In this document: one piece after another, positions 39,666 to 53,660 of the stretch | Layout: the number at the start of each line of letters is the position of its first letter | How positions within the stretch are numbered: the stretch's first letter is position 1 | From: Eledone cirrhosa | Lineage: Eukaryota | DNA: 64,000 nucleotides | Direction of reading: 5' to 3' | NCBI GenBank assembly: GCA_964016885.1 | Contig: OZ024745.1 | Location: forward strand, 23,126,001 to 23,190,000 | The notes under the pieces: model-generated | Told to the model about the DNA's origin: nothing | The model's database searches: none | The model's input: the letters and a program-made list of their open reading frames with translations, nothing else | Made by a program: the position numbers and the translations under genes

Positions 39666-40009
39666 ATAGCTATATTTAAGATTAGGATGGGATATGAGGG
39701 AAATGTGGCTACTATATCTTGAAGCCACTTTGATCTCCCATTTGTTCCTTATAATGGATGGTTATGATGGTGACAGCCGGATTTCTAGTATGGTAGTGGG
39801 GAGTGATGGTAGCTGTGACATTATTGACAGCTTCTCTGTCATCTTAGTTCACACACAGTGAGTGACTAATCGATTTTTGTAGATCGATTAGTACAAAATC
39901 GATAAGGGACAACAAACGCCATTGTTCGATCCCTATCTTATAGTAGACACGCTCGTGATGTGTAACGCTTGAATGACCTGAATGCCATCTTCTCTATGTA
40001 TATGTATGG

Positions 40010-40047
<38 letters not shown>

Positions 40048-40051
40048 ATGT

Positions 40052-40098
<47 letters not shown>

Positions 40099-40249
40099 GA
40101 CAGGTATGTATGTACAAACAGACACACACGCTCACACACTCATATTCGTACACACACATATCGACTGATGAGATGGGATTGTCTTTGCCCATGCTTTTTA
40201 TTCATTTTGTATGATTTTAGTCACGCAGGTCTTTATTTTCACATTGATA

Positions 40250-40475
<226 letters not shown>

Positions 40476-40748
40476 GTATATATATATATATATAACAAAG
40501 AAAGTGTGGTAAGGAACCAGGTGGACCATAACGCACCAGAGTACTCGATACTTACTCGGGATCCTGACTCTTTACCTGTATATGTGTGTATATATTTATA
40601 TATATATATATTTAAAGGTTAAACAAGGTTTAATGAATAAATCAAAGAATGAGTTTTACAATAGATTGGAAGCACTCTACGTGTATGGTTTTACTACCAT
40701 GACTGAATCTTAACCATCTACTAAGTCAGGGTATGTCATGCATCATCT

Positions 40749-40815
40749 TATTTTATCTGATGAGGACGTACTGTTGAAGATAGCTCAGTACCTCTGAAAT
40801 ATGTATAATAAAATA
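40749..40815 (+). ncRNA. Type-I hammerhead ribozyme motif
   Basis: UAUUUUAU-CUGAUGA-[GUACUG/CAGUAC]-GAAA-UAUGUA-UA-AUAAAAUA; 8-bp stem I. Confidence 0.85.
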
Positions 40816-40851
40816 TACTTGATCACACGAAGGTCTATTTTTGTTAATATT

Positions 40852-40944
<93 letters not shown>

Positions 40945-41223
40945 GGTAAAGAGTCAGGACCCCGAGTAAGTATCGAGTACTCATGTATGTATGTATGCAG
41001 GATATGTGTAGATACAAGGTCAAGGAAAACAATGCTCAATCTATATATTTAAACTTCATACATGTAATATGTATGCCCGGCGACCTTTTGTTTTTGTCCT
41101 CGCCCCCGATGAGAGGCCAGTTTCTTTTGAAACATCTCCTCCATTATGCAGTGGTGGCCATAACTGAACCTCTAAAACTAATGTCGCGCATACATGTCAT
41201 GTGTATGTATGAAATTTTAAATA

Positions 41224-41529
41224 TCTATATATCTAAAACAGAGAATGTCGGTCTGTCTGTCTGTCTGTCTGTCAGCTCCCTAAAACTCGAGAACCACCCA
41301 ACCGATTGTTTTCAAACTTTACACATGTAATAGTTATGGTCCTGTGAGTGTTTCGAGAAAAAAATATTTCAAATGTTCAATGCCCTAGGGACAGCATTAG
41401 GCGATTTAGCGATCTCTCTCTATAATTCTTAGTCTTTCTTTTTAAATAGATACATAGATATAACGTTGCGCCCTTATAATATCTGCCTGTATGTCTGGCT
41501 GTCTGCATTACGACATCATGACTTCACTA

Positions 41530-41613
<84 letters not shown>

Positions 41614-41728
41614 GTGTGTAACGTTTTTCGAAATATTTACTTCTGCGTTCACAGATTGATTTTTTTAGTTTCAGAAGATCCCGTTAAGGGTGAAAGCAGC
41701 GAATCTTTGCTTAAACTTTAATCTGTTA

Positions 41729-41788
<60 letters not shown>

Positions 41789-42020
41789 TATATTCGTGTA
41801 CAGATTTTTTTGCATACACAATAACAAAATATAGACAAAAGTATTTATTTCGCATTAAAATAACCCTGGTATTCTACGACGAATTTTTTTTATAAGAACA
41901 AAATGTGGACACCATCCCGAGGCCGAGGTATTCCGTACTTCTCTGTACTCTTTCAGAAAGGAGGGATAAACATACCAATCTATGTTTAGAATCCCGAGCA
42001 ACGCCGGGTCATTGTGTTAG
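41224..42020 (+). mobile_element. Non-autonomous Helitron-like element
   Basis: A|TCTATATATCTAAAA 5' end, (GTCT)n, 3' hairpin CCCGAGCAACGCCGGG then ...TTAG|T (variant of CTAG). Confidence 0.65.
41667..41717 (+). ncRNA. Hammerhead motif with core substitution (CAGAAGA)
   Basis: AGUUU-CAGAAGA-U-CCC..GGG-U-GAAA-GCA..UGC-UU-AAACU; all three stems intact. Confidence 0.55.
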
Positions 42021-42504
42021 TACTATATATATATCATCATCATCATCACCATCATCATCATCATTATCACCCGATTCCACAAATACCACCAGAAATACCA
42101 CCACAAATACCACCACAATCACCATCATCATCGCCATCACTATTATCGCCACCATCACCATTATAATCACCGTTATCATCATCACAATCACCATCACTAT
42201 CATCACAATTATTATTATTATCACCCCCATCAGCATCACAATCACCATTATCATCATCATCATCATCATCGCCATCATTATTGGTCAGGATTAACACAGC
42301 AGACTTAAGATTATTAGAATTATCTTCTTAGCTTTATCCAGACTTGGCCAGCCGAAAATTGACGTCATTGTCTTGAGCGTAAGGTAAATCATCATCATCA
42401 TCATTATCATTATCATCATTATCATCACCATCACCATCACCATCATTATCATCATCATAATCATCATCATTATCATTATCATTATCAGCATCTTCATTAT
42501 CATT

Positions 42505-42599
<95 letters not shown>

Positions 42600-42614
42600 T
42601 ATTATCATCAACCT

Positions 42615-42812
42615 ATCATTATATCTCTACCAGTCATTATATCTCTACCCACAACACACCATATAAAACAGGTATAATAAGGGACAGTCATTATATCTCT
42701 ACCAACAACACACCATATAAAACAGGTGTAATAAGGGACAGTCATTATATCTCTACCAACACACCATATAAAACAGGTGTAATAAGGGACAGTCATTATA
42801 TCTCTACCAACA
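42615..42812. repeat. About 54-bp tandem repeat (3-4 units)
   Basis: AGTCATTATATCTCTACCAACAACACACCATATAAAACAGGTGTAATAAGGGAC; partial copy at 38760-38793. Confidence 0.8.
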
Positions 42813-43172
42813 ACAATAATATTGCCAAGATTTAACCTTTCCCTTGGACAACATTGGTAGCGTGGAGTGAGGAAAGACCAGTATGTATGGGGGACTGCTA
42901 GTCTACCACAAACAACTTTGCTCGAACTTGTGCCCCGGAGGGGAACTTTCTAGGTGCAAATCCCATGTTCTTTCGTGACCAATGGGGAGCTTTCCTCTTA
43001 CCTTTTATTATATTATATTATATTTTCATATACACACACATAAATATCTATATATATATATATATAGGAACGAGTCGGGGTCCTACTCGTTCCTATTACC
43101 CACTCTACTACCCTAAGTATTGAGTACTTTGGTGCGTTGTGGTCCACCTGGTTCCTTACCACATTTCCTTCG

Positions 43173-43241
<69 letters not shown>

Positions 43242-43396
43242 AAAAAGAGATGAAATCGAAAATGCAACTGGGGTCTTATTTTTTTTTAAAATATATATAT
43301 TTATTTGGTTCCTTTACCGGTGTCGCAGTTCTTCCGCTTTTCAAAAGGTGAGTTGGACACCTCGGTTATTTTTCCTTTTGTAAAAAAAAACTTCAC

Positions 43397-43469
<73 letters not shown>

Positions 43470-43495
43470 GTATAAAAATCAATACAATATAATTA

Positions 43496-43565
43496 CCTCA
43501 TTACCAGAGGTTTCCCGAATGAGGCGAATACGAAATAAACGACTTCATTCGTTCGTCAGACGAGG
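43496..43565 (-). ncRNA. Type-I hammerhead ribozyme in PLE 3' end
   Basis: Mirror of 48511-48580. Confidence 0.85.
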
Positions 43566-44338
43566 CAATATAAAACATGGGTAAATACTTAGAAAAACTC
43601 ATCTAGAAAATCAAAAAAAGATATAGATAAATGAAATAGAAATTGAAATATATAAAAATCTATCAAGAAATATAGTTAGGTGTGTGTATATGTATGTATA
43701 TACGCTCACAGATGTGCATATATGTATATGCGCACATGTATATGTATAGTGAGAAAGTGTGCGTAATTCTAAAATTTAGGGCAAATGTATCTATATGTCT
43801 GTATTATACAGACAGAAATGGTTACATCGTAAATATATGAATATGAAAGCGCGCGCATAAAACGCCTGCACACTCGTACACTTAGATGCGGAAAGAAAGG
43901 AGGTAAGGGAGTGTAATAATTAAAAGAAAAGTATCAGTCTCGATATATTTATAAAAATATAATAACGATAAATTAGAAAGAAAAAATATTAGAAAGAAAA
44001 AATTAAAGAAAACAAAAAAAGGGGGTACATACATACACAGACACGCGTGTCTCACAAAAGAAATGTAAAAATAATTATGCTTATATACACACGCGCACTT
44101 ACACATCTATACGTTCGATACGTACATAGACACACACACACACACATACTTATACTCACGCATATAAACCTGTTTGCATGCCCACGCATGAAACTAAGTA
44201 AGTAAAAAAAGGAAAGAGGGGGGGAGAAGAAAAAAGGAACAAAACATAAAACCGAGATATCAAAAACACGGATATAAAGACACGTACACATACGCATAAT
44301 ATATACATACACACACACACAAACACATGTACACACAC

Positions 44339-44407
<69 letters not shown>

Positions 44408-44558
44408 CATACACGCACGCGCGCGCACATACGTAGTCATTCATGTACATATATAAAAAGTATACACACATTAAGGCGTTCAGCCATATTGATACAGGGT
44501 GTAAAAAACTTGTGGATAAATAAGTACAAATATAAAATTGTAAGATAGGCTGCGCAAA

Positions 44559-44589
<31 letters not shown>

Positions 44590-44817
44590 TGAAAATGAAA
44601 AATATATCTGGATTGAAAAACACAAAAGACAAGTGTAATCAGTTAGTGGAGGAAAAAGGGAAGTAAAAGAAGGGGAAGTAAAAAATAGAAAGTGGATCGG
44701 GGAATAAAGGGGGGGGGGATATGAAGTAAAAATAAAAGTAAAAATAAATGAAATTATTGACAAGGATAAAAATGAAAGTAAGTCAGAAAGGGTAATTAAA
44801 AAGAGAATAATAAGAGT

Positions 44818-46916
44818 TTATGGAGGATAAGTATCTGAAAGTGTGTTAAGTTTATATGAGCTGGAAAGCAGGTGTGATTTCATGTGTGGGCAACTGGTGA
44901 AAATTTCCGTCTTTGTGTTCAGGCAGGTCTTTGGTGATTTAAGATTTTGCAATATCCGAAATTTTTCATTTATGCAGAGCGTGCATTTTCTTGTTCCTCT
45001 AGCATATTTTTTAGATTGGTTCAAAATTGACCAATCTAGTTTATATTGGATGCCTTGGTCTTTCAAGTCCCAAATTCTGCTAGCCAGAGCTGTTGTAAAT
45101 CTTTTTTCTGGATGTCGAAAGGATGCGACATGTGAGTAATAACGCGTTTTGAATCTGTCTTGCGTCATACCCACATATCGTTCACTGGTGGCTGGATGGT
45201 TGTTGCTGATGGTTGTCACTTTAGCCGCATATACAATGGCTTTGGTGTTGCATTTACCTTGTAATGGGCATTCACTTTTGATTCTATAGGAGCAAGTTTG
45301 ATTTTCTCTAGGTGATATTTTCTTGAGGATATAGGACTTAATAGGGGGACCGCAGGAATAGCTAATTTTAACACAGTTTCTGTTAAAGATCTTATAGTAT
45401 CTATGTGTTCTAGGGAAATGTTTATCTAGGAGTTCTAGGAATTTTTTGCCTACATTAGTTTTAACTGCTAGAGAGTAGGGGGGTGTGAACCAGATTATTT
45501 TTCTTTTCCTATTTTTATGTTTAATAGAGTTAGTGTAGTTAGGTATGTATTTAATCGGTTCGCTAAAGCCGCTATTTTGGAGGGCTTTATTATAGTAGGG
45601 GGATGCCTTATTAAAATAGCTTCTGAGGAAGAGAGGGTGGAGATCCTACGGCTAATATTAGGGATAAGGATTTAAAAACTATAGGTGGATGGCAAGATCC
45701 TTTATTTATATATTTTAAGTTTTCATTAAGTTTATGGTATGGTTTATAAGAAGCAGTAGGCAAATCTAGGTTTATATCTAGGAAATCTACGTTGGAAAGG
45801 TTAGTGTCAATAGTAATTTTAAGATTAAAACTAGCGAAGGTTTTTATTAAGTCTTTTCTTAATCTATCTAAGTTATGGCCTATGGTGATATGGGAAAGTA
45901 TTAGACCATCATCGCGATAAAGCCCAAAAATATGGTTAGGAAATTTTTCTTTAAGTGTATGTAAGAGGAATAGGCCGACCAGATCACAAACCTCGGCACT
46001 GCCATAAGAGCCCATTGAGACATCGAATGGGTTCTCTGGGTTAGATATTTTTACCCAAGTGCCATTATCATTAAAAAGTAGAGTGTTCCTAGCATACAAG
46101 ATGACATTCTCTTCAATATCGGAGATATTAGTGAACCCTCTAGCGAAATTTAAAGCTTTCACTAAAAGGGTCTGAGTAATAGATGGGTAAAACTCTACAA
46201 TGTCAAATTGGGTGAATCTAGAACTGATTTTGTTTTTAATATTATTAAACCAATGTACTACGGAAGAGCTATTTATCCATTGGAGTAATTTAGACTTACT
46301 TCTAATGTGTGTATTTAATTTATTTAAAATTTTTTTGCTGGCAAGACCAATATCAGTCTTAGCAGGGTTGATTAATCTACAACTAGGACGATTAATAAAG
46401 TCGGGTTTATGATCTTTAAGGGTGATATACGCAGAACGTTTAGCAAGTTTTTCTGTCCTATTATCTATTTTTAAAGAAACAGCTGATTCTTTAGCTTCCT
46501 TATTTATATTATGGTACGTATTTATATTAGCTATTTGGTATTTAGAGGTGATATTATCTATTAATAGTTGGTCGTGTAAATTATTATTAACTTCATATAG
46601 GTTTTTAGTTTTATCAGAGAAGATGAACTTATTATTAGAAGATTTGAAAGTAGAAATATCATTAGATAATTTAGATTGAAAGGGGTTAGAGTACTTACGA
46701 AAATTGATGTTGTTGATAAGGTTAACTAGGTCTAATTCAAAGGCGGTCATATCTTTTACTCTTTGCGGGTATTTGTGAGTTTTGATGTCAAAATATTCCG
46801 TAGAATCCGGGTTAAATTGACCATCGAGAATCAAAGCTTTCCATCTCATTCTTTTAACAACCTTCTCTACTTTGTCTATCAGTATTTTCGTGTAGAGAGT
46901 GTTAGAAGGTGTTGGG
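44818..46916 (-). pseudogene. PLE polyprotein: RT (GLYRDDGL) + CPLQGKC linker + C-terminal GIY-YIG; two frameshifts near 45610-45670
   Basis: ORF 45611-46849 has FTQFDIVEFYPSI, FDVSMGSYGSAEVCDLVG, NVDFLDINLDL; the continuation RKRKIIWFTPPYS...AIVYAAKV...YVGMTQDRFKTRY...CTLCINEK...LNTKTE..CPH reads open. Confidence 0.9.
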
Positions 46917-47687
46917 ATATGTGGGTATGACGCAAGACAGATTCAAAACGCGTTATTACTCACATGTCGCATCCTTTCGACATCCAGAAAAAAGATTTAC
47001 AACAGCTCTGGCTAGCAGAATTTGGGACTTGAAAGACCAAGGCATCCAATATAAACTAGATTGGTCAATTTTGAACCAATCTAAAAAATATGCTAGAGGA
47101 ACAAGAAAATGCACGCTCTGCATAAATGAAAAATTTTGGATATTGCAAAATCTTAAATCACCAAAGACCTGCCTGAACACAAAGACGGAAATTTTCACCA
47201 GTTGCCCACACATGAAATCACACCTGCTTTCCAGCTCATATAAACTTAACACACTTTCAGATACTTATCCTCCATAAACTCTTATTATTCTCTTTTTAAT
47301 TACCCTTTCTGACTTACTTTCATTTTTATCCTTGTCAATAATTTCATTTATTTTTACTTTTATTTTTACTTCATATCCCCCCCCCCCTTTATTCTCCGAT
47401 CCACTTTCTATTTTTTACTTCCCCTTCTTTTACTTCCCTTTTTCCTCCACTAACTGATTACACTTGTCTTTTGTGTTTTTCAATCCAGATATATTTTTCA
47501 TTTTCATTTTTATTTTTATTTTTATTTTAATTTTATTTTTGCGCAGCCTATCTTACAATTTTATATTTGTACTTATTATCCACAAGTTTTTTACACCCTG
47601 TATCAATATGGCTGAACGCCTTAATGTGTGTATACTTTTTATATATGTACATGAGTGACTACGTATGTGCGCGCGCGTGCGTGTATG

Positions 47688-47736
<49 letters not shown>

Positions 47737-48510
47737 GTGTGTACATGTGTTTGTGTGTGTGTGTATGTATATATTATGCGTATGTGTACGTGTCTTTATA
47801 TCCGTGTTTTTGATATCTCGGTTTTATGTTTTGTTCCTTTTTTCTTCTTCTCCCCCCCCCTTTCCTTTTTTTACTTACTCAGTTTCATGCGTGGGCATGC
47901 AAACAGGTTTATATGCGTGAGTATAAGTATGTGTGTGTGTGTGTGTCTATGTACGTATCGAACGTATAGATGTGTAAGTGCGCGTGTGTATATAAGCATA
48001 ATTATTTTTACATTTCTTTTGTGAGACACGCGTGTCTGTGTATGTATGTACCCCCTTTTTTTGTTTTCTTTAATTTTTTCTTTCTAATATTTTTTCTTTC
48101 TAATATATCGTTATTATATTTTTATAAATATATCGAGACTGATACTTTTCTTTTAATTATTACACTCCCTTACCTCCTTTCTTTCCGCATCTAAGTGTAC
48201 GAGTGTGCAGGCGTTTTATGCGCGCGCCTTCATATTCATATATTTACGATGTAACCATTTCTGTCTGTATAATACAGACATATAGATACATTTGCCCTAA
48301 ATTTTAGAATTACGCACACTTTCTCACTATACATATACATGTGCGCATATACATATATGCACATCTGTGAGCGTATATACATACATATACACACACCTAA
48401 CTATATTTCTTGATAGATTTTTATATATTTCAATTTCTATTTCATTTATCTATATCTTTTTTTGATTTTCTAGATGAGTTTTTCTAAGTATTTACCCATG
48501 TTTTATATTG

Positions 48511-48580
48511 CCTCGTCTGACGAACGAATGAAGTCGTTTATTTCGTATTCGCCTCATTCGGGAAACCTCTGGTAATGAGG
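48511..48580 (+). ncRNA. Type-I hammerhead ribozyme in inverted pseudo-LTR
   Basis: CCUCGU-CUGACGA-[CGAAUGA/UCAUUCG]-GAAA-CCUCUGG-UA-AUGAGG. Confidence 0.88.
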
Positions 48581-48684
48581 TAATTATATTGTATTGATTT
48601 TTATACATTAAATTTTGCTCTGATACTTACATAGAGCACTCTTCATTTCTATGACCTTTTCTGTTTCCAACGGAAATTTCAATA

Positions 48685-48738
<54 letters not shown>

Positions 48739-48820
48739 ATAGTTGCTTTCTTGGCATGAATAAACACCATTAAACCATTATAGAAAACCTGAAATGAACA
48801 CACACACAAACACACATGTG

Positions 48821-48866
<46 letters not shown>

Positions 48867-51664
48867 TTTAGAATTTCTACTTTAAATTCTGTAATAAAAC
48901 AAACAAATACTAAACAATATTAAATAAAAATGCCTTTCGTCGTAGGTTTAATACTATTACGCCGCTTAATAGCATCAATTGTCTCTTCAGTAACTTTAGG
49001 TACCTTCTATCCATGGGTTGTAGGCTCAATCTATCACACCGTTTAAAAGCATCACCTGTCTCTTGTATACCATGCTATCCTTGGGTTGTAGGTTTAATCT
49101 ATCACACCGCTTAATAACATCAATTGTCTCTTAAGTAACTTTAGGTATCATTCTATTCTTGGGTTTTAGGTTTAATCTATCACCCTGTTTAATATCAGCA
49201 GCTGTTTCTCAGGTACCCATTTTCTTGCCATAATTTGGGCCAGGTTTTCAGTTTTTCTCCCTTTCTTCCACTATTGAAGACCTAACTTTTTTATTTTCTG
49301 GTTAAGCCATAAAAAAACTTCCTACTTAATTTTGCATCCAAATCTCTCCTTGCGAACCCCGCCCCAAATTATTTGTTCTCCTTATTTATTTTCATTTTGT
49401 GAGTAGAGGTACATAAGTAAAATGGGAAACACTGTGGTCCGCTTGAGGAAGGAGCCCCATGAACTGGGGTGGCTGCTGTAGTGGGAATCTCTGGCCATTC
49501 TCAGCGGTGACGCTTTTACCGTTTTGTCGGCGAAACGCGACTGAGACACCGTTCAGACTTTGGTGAAGTGTCTGTCCCTTCCTCCCCTTCTTGCGGCACT
49601 CTATCCTTCTTACTTTCTTCTTTTTCCCTTTTTTGTTCCCTCTAATAGTGTTTTGTTTTTATTAGATACTGCTCAATTATTTTTATACAAGGTCAATGGC
49701 CTTTCATAACATCGGAAGATTTTGTGTATTGAATAAAATGCTTTATTTCTTTTAAAAAATCACTGGTATAGAATATCAGCTCAAGACATTTCTACCTATG
49801 ATGATCATGTTGATTATGATGATGATAATGATAATGATGGTGGTTTGTTTTTAGTTATTAAGAGTCTACTTTTCTATTTTTCTTTTTGTTGTTTATTTTA
49901 TCTATCTTTTTTTATCGATATAATATGTATGTACTGTATACGTAAATAAGATTATTATTGCTCCAATCAGTCCACAAACACCCTAACCCTAACCCTAAAC
50001 CAAACATCAACCTGCATCCATGACTCATAACATACCAAACCTTACTCTCCAAATTCGGCAAACCAGACAAGTGAATCTGTAAGTTCTGTTGGAGATGTAG
50101 GGGTGCCGTTGTTACATATAGCCAGTGTTGGGCATATATTTTTCAAACATGGCGGAGATCATCCCCCACTCTCTAGGGACGGCACAGGTTTGTTTTATAA
50201 GTCTCTATAAGCCCGTCGTGCAGAGTCCGCTACTTGAGCTACGCCACAGAAGATAATTGTTTCTACATTTGGCACAAGGCCAGCAATTACCCAGTGCATT
50301 ACTGGTACTTTATTTTATGACCTCGTAAGGATGAAAGGCAAAGTTGACCTCGGCGGGATTTGAACTCAGACCGTAAAGGGCTGTAATTCTATGCTGCAAA
50401 GCATAACGTCCGACCTTCTACCGATACTGAGATAATGTCGCCTTGCATTACTTAGAGACGGAATGGCCACATGTGAAACATTTTTGATAATAGGTCTGGT
50501 TGATCTGAGGTGATATAACATGAAATAACAAGAAATGTGATACATAAGCCAATGGTGAGGTGTTTGCGTGGTCACTTGACCTAAATAAACTAGAATAGAC
50601 ACGTGGTCACTTGACCTAAATAAAATAGACAAGAGGACACATATTTTCTTCTCCTTTAGTTTCTGTTGCTCCCTGTGAAGTATTGTGTGGCGAGTGATCT
50701 CCATTCTGCATGATTGCACACCTTCTCATGGGCCAGCTCCAAGGTCAGGCCTACGAGGGTAGGCTGACTATGAAGGATTGATGTTAGAGCTGTGAAATCT
50801 TGCATGCATTAATTTCAACTCTTCATTTTAATAACTGCATTGTTTCTTTCCAGGGACTATGTTGAAAAATAAACCTCATTTGGTCATTCCCTGAGAGTGG
50901 AATGACCAAATGTGTCAGCTCCTGAACTGTTCAGTCCTTCCTCATATCTAAATGGAATTCTAATCATATTAGACATTTCTTCTACAAGCGAGGACATACT
51001 GCTCAATGCCATGAAATAAACTATCATGATGTCATTTCTAGAAGTTCTGTTTGTCTCATCGTGTTGCGAGGGTCGACTGAAGAGTTTATAGGTTATGAAG
51101 GAATGATGCTAGAGCTGTGAAATCTTGCATGTATTAATTTCAACTCTTCTTATAGTTTCTTTCCAGGGACTATGTTGAAAAATAAACCTCATTCGGTCAT
51201 TCCATGAGAGTATCTTTGTCAGCCTATGAACTTTTCAGCCAACGCTTGTATAACTACTAAGTCTTACTCTGGAGATGTCAACTAGGTCTTGTCGGGTCAG
51301 CCGTCTCTACAGATCACAACCAGATCTTCGCAGATCTGCAGTCTTTCATAAGCCCTCCTCCTGGATTTTATACGAGAAATGCCTTCACTGGTTTCTTCGT
51401 GGACATGGCTAAGCATCTTCTGCCGTTCTCCTGTGATGGAATACCGCAGATTATTCAGTTGGGACCCATTCCTTACTTGTGATGTGATCACACCAAGAAA
51501 TCCTAACTAGGGTCCCAAGGTAACATTTATACTGTTTCGCAATACTAGAAAAAAAAAAGGTCAATGACAAAAAATACTGGAATAACTGGAACGCTTTTCA
51601 TCAGCATTCTACTGGAATATGGTGGACCTTATATTAACCAGTTACAGCAACAACAGCAACAATA

Positions 51665-51875
51665 ATAAGGTCACATGTAATGAATGTAGCTCCTCGTACA
51701 TCGGAAGTACCATCCGGATCAAGGAGCACATGACGACGAGAGCTTCTTCTGTCAAAAAACACCCTGACAGATGCTGCAACCGAGACAGTCAGGTCACTAT
51801 AGATGCAAAAGAAAGGAATGTGGGTAACTTAAGAATCAAAGAGGCCATTATCATCAACAAGAAAAAGCTACAAAT
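51665..51875 (+). mobile_element. PLE GIY-YIG endonuclease fragment
   Basis: KVTCNECSSSYIGSTIRIKEH..SSVKKH...LRIKEAIIINKKKLQI. Confidence 0.75.
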
Positions 51876-52260
51876 CATCTACCCCTTCCGCAGTGGCAAA
51901 CCCCTCGTCTGGGATGCCATTTGCACCGACACTTTCTCCTGCCGCACCCTGGTGCAGTCTACGACTAACCCATGTTCTGTTGCACGTCGGGCTGAGGAGG
52001 CCAAACTCTTCAAATACCGGTCGCTCTCCAACAGGTTTGCGATTGTACCCTCGGCAGTGGAGACTTCTGGTGTCCTCGGCCCTAGGACTACTTCCCTACT
52101 CACCACCAGAGGCGCTGAGCTGGCCAGCCACAGGTGTGAGCCTCGCGAGCTGGAATGGCTTCTTCAGCGCGTCTCCCTTGCCGTCCTCCGGGGAAAAGCC
52201 TTCTCCATTCTGTCCGCCGAGGAACTTGTCATTTTATCAGTCAGATGTTAAACCTTTTTC
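51876..52260 (+). mobile_element. CRE-clade non-LTR restriction-like endonuclease C-terminus
   Basis: PFRSGKPLVWDAICTDTF...ARRAEEAKLFKY...VPSAVETSGVLG...LLQRVSLAVLRGKAFSIL. Confidence 0.75.
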
Positions 52261-52859
52261 TGTTTGAACAGCTTCCTTGTGTTGAGTCCTTCCCATTACT
52301 CTACGAATTATAAAGGTATAAACCAGTGTTTCATCGTGAGTAATAGATCAGATAATATTCACGAGGCAGAGTGGTTACTATAACTGCTCCATGCATTCGT
52401 ATTTTAAACACTTAGACATGTTAGGGAGGAATACATCTATCGTTCGTTTTGTTTTTAACCTCTTTCGTTTTTACGTTTGAAAATGGGACCTTAATACTGA
52501 AATATTATGTTGAAATATTCTGGGTAAAAACTTTACCTTGTTTTGTTTTATTTGTCATTCTTTGCCCTTTATATATTTCTACCACATTGAATCGGCTTTC
52601 TGAACTTATCAGTCAACAATAACAAAAACAACAACAACGACAACAACAACAACAAGTAAAATAACAAACAAGAGAAATATTTTTAAACATCAGGTTTATT
52701 AGTTTAGTTCTGTTTTATATATATATTGTTTGTTTTATTTGTTTAAAGATATATATAATACTTTAGTGTTTTATCTATTTAGTTTTAGTTTTAAGTAATT
52801 TTTTTTTTGCCAATTTTAATATTTTTTTATAATACATTCTCAAAGCAATATATTTTAAA

Positions 52860-52901
<42 letters not shown>

Positions 52902-53075
52902 GTATTTCATCAAACATCAACATTCGTTCAACCATTGTACAAACAAATGTACACAAGATACAGAAAAACCCAAAATAAATAAATGTCTCTGGATTTTTTA
53001 GAGGGGGTGGTACAATGAAGGGTTAAAGCGGGCAGAATGAGATGATATTGATATAGGTATACGTATGAGAGGGTG

Positions 53076-53107
<32 letters not shown>

Positions 53108-53108
<1 letters not shown>

Positions 53109-53264
53109 TTATCCCGGGTTCAATCGGGACTAACCACAGTAAGAGGTACTCAATACATAGCAGAGTATAAATATTAAATATAGAAATAGCTTCTACAGGA
53201 GGAAATCACCAGGAAAGCTTTTCTGGTGATTTCCTCCGAATGAAACAGTTCTAGTCCTGTAGAA

Positions 53265-53270
<6 letters not shown>
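53108..53270. mobile_element. Fold-back of the same PLE end seen at 800-920
   Basis: 53108-53200 is the reverse complement of 826-919; inner hairpin GGAGGAAATCACCAG/CTGGTGATTTCCTCC. Confidence 0.75.
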
Positions 53271-53341
<71 letters not shown>

Positions 53342-53407
53342 TAATACTACTATATAAATACATACACACACACACATATATATATGTATATATGTATAAT
53401 ATAAATG

Positions 53408-53476
<69 letters not shown>

Positions 53477-53616
53477 TGAGTATGATGCTGTGAAGAAGTA
53501 TAGTATATAAAAGTGTTTGGCGTGTTGCGGAATAAAAACAGGGAGTAGAGCGTGTGGTGCGGTACACAATCAAACATTTTATCATTCAATGTAAAACACA
53601 ATTTCGGTTAATACGA

Positions 53617-53660
<44 letters not shown>

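Larger units (their letters stand above)
43466..48688 (-). mobile_element. Near full-length Penelope-like element with 1.7-kb inverted pseudo-LTR, inserted in (TA)n
   Basis: 43466-45179 is the reverse complement of 46916-48610; RT, GIY-YIG and hammerheads all present. Confidence 0.92.

Noticed and set aside
43466-48610. DNA transposon with 1.7-kb TIRs
   Set aside because: The arms contain GIY-YIG coding sequence and hammerheads and enclose an RT: a PLE inversion, with no transposase.
48930-49000. CTGAAGA...GAAA (minus) as a hammerhead
   Set aside because: Stems I and III do not pair; it lies in a short degenerate tandem repeat.
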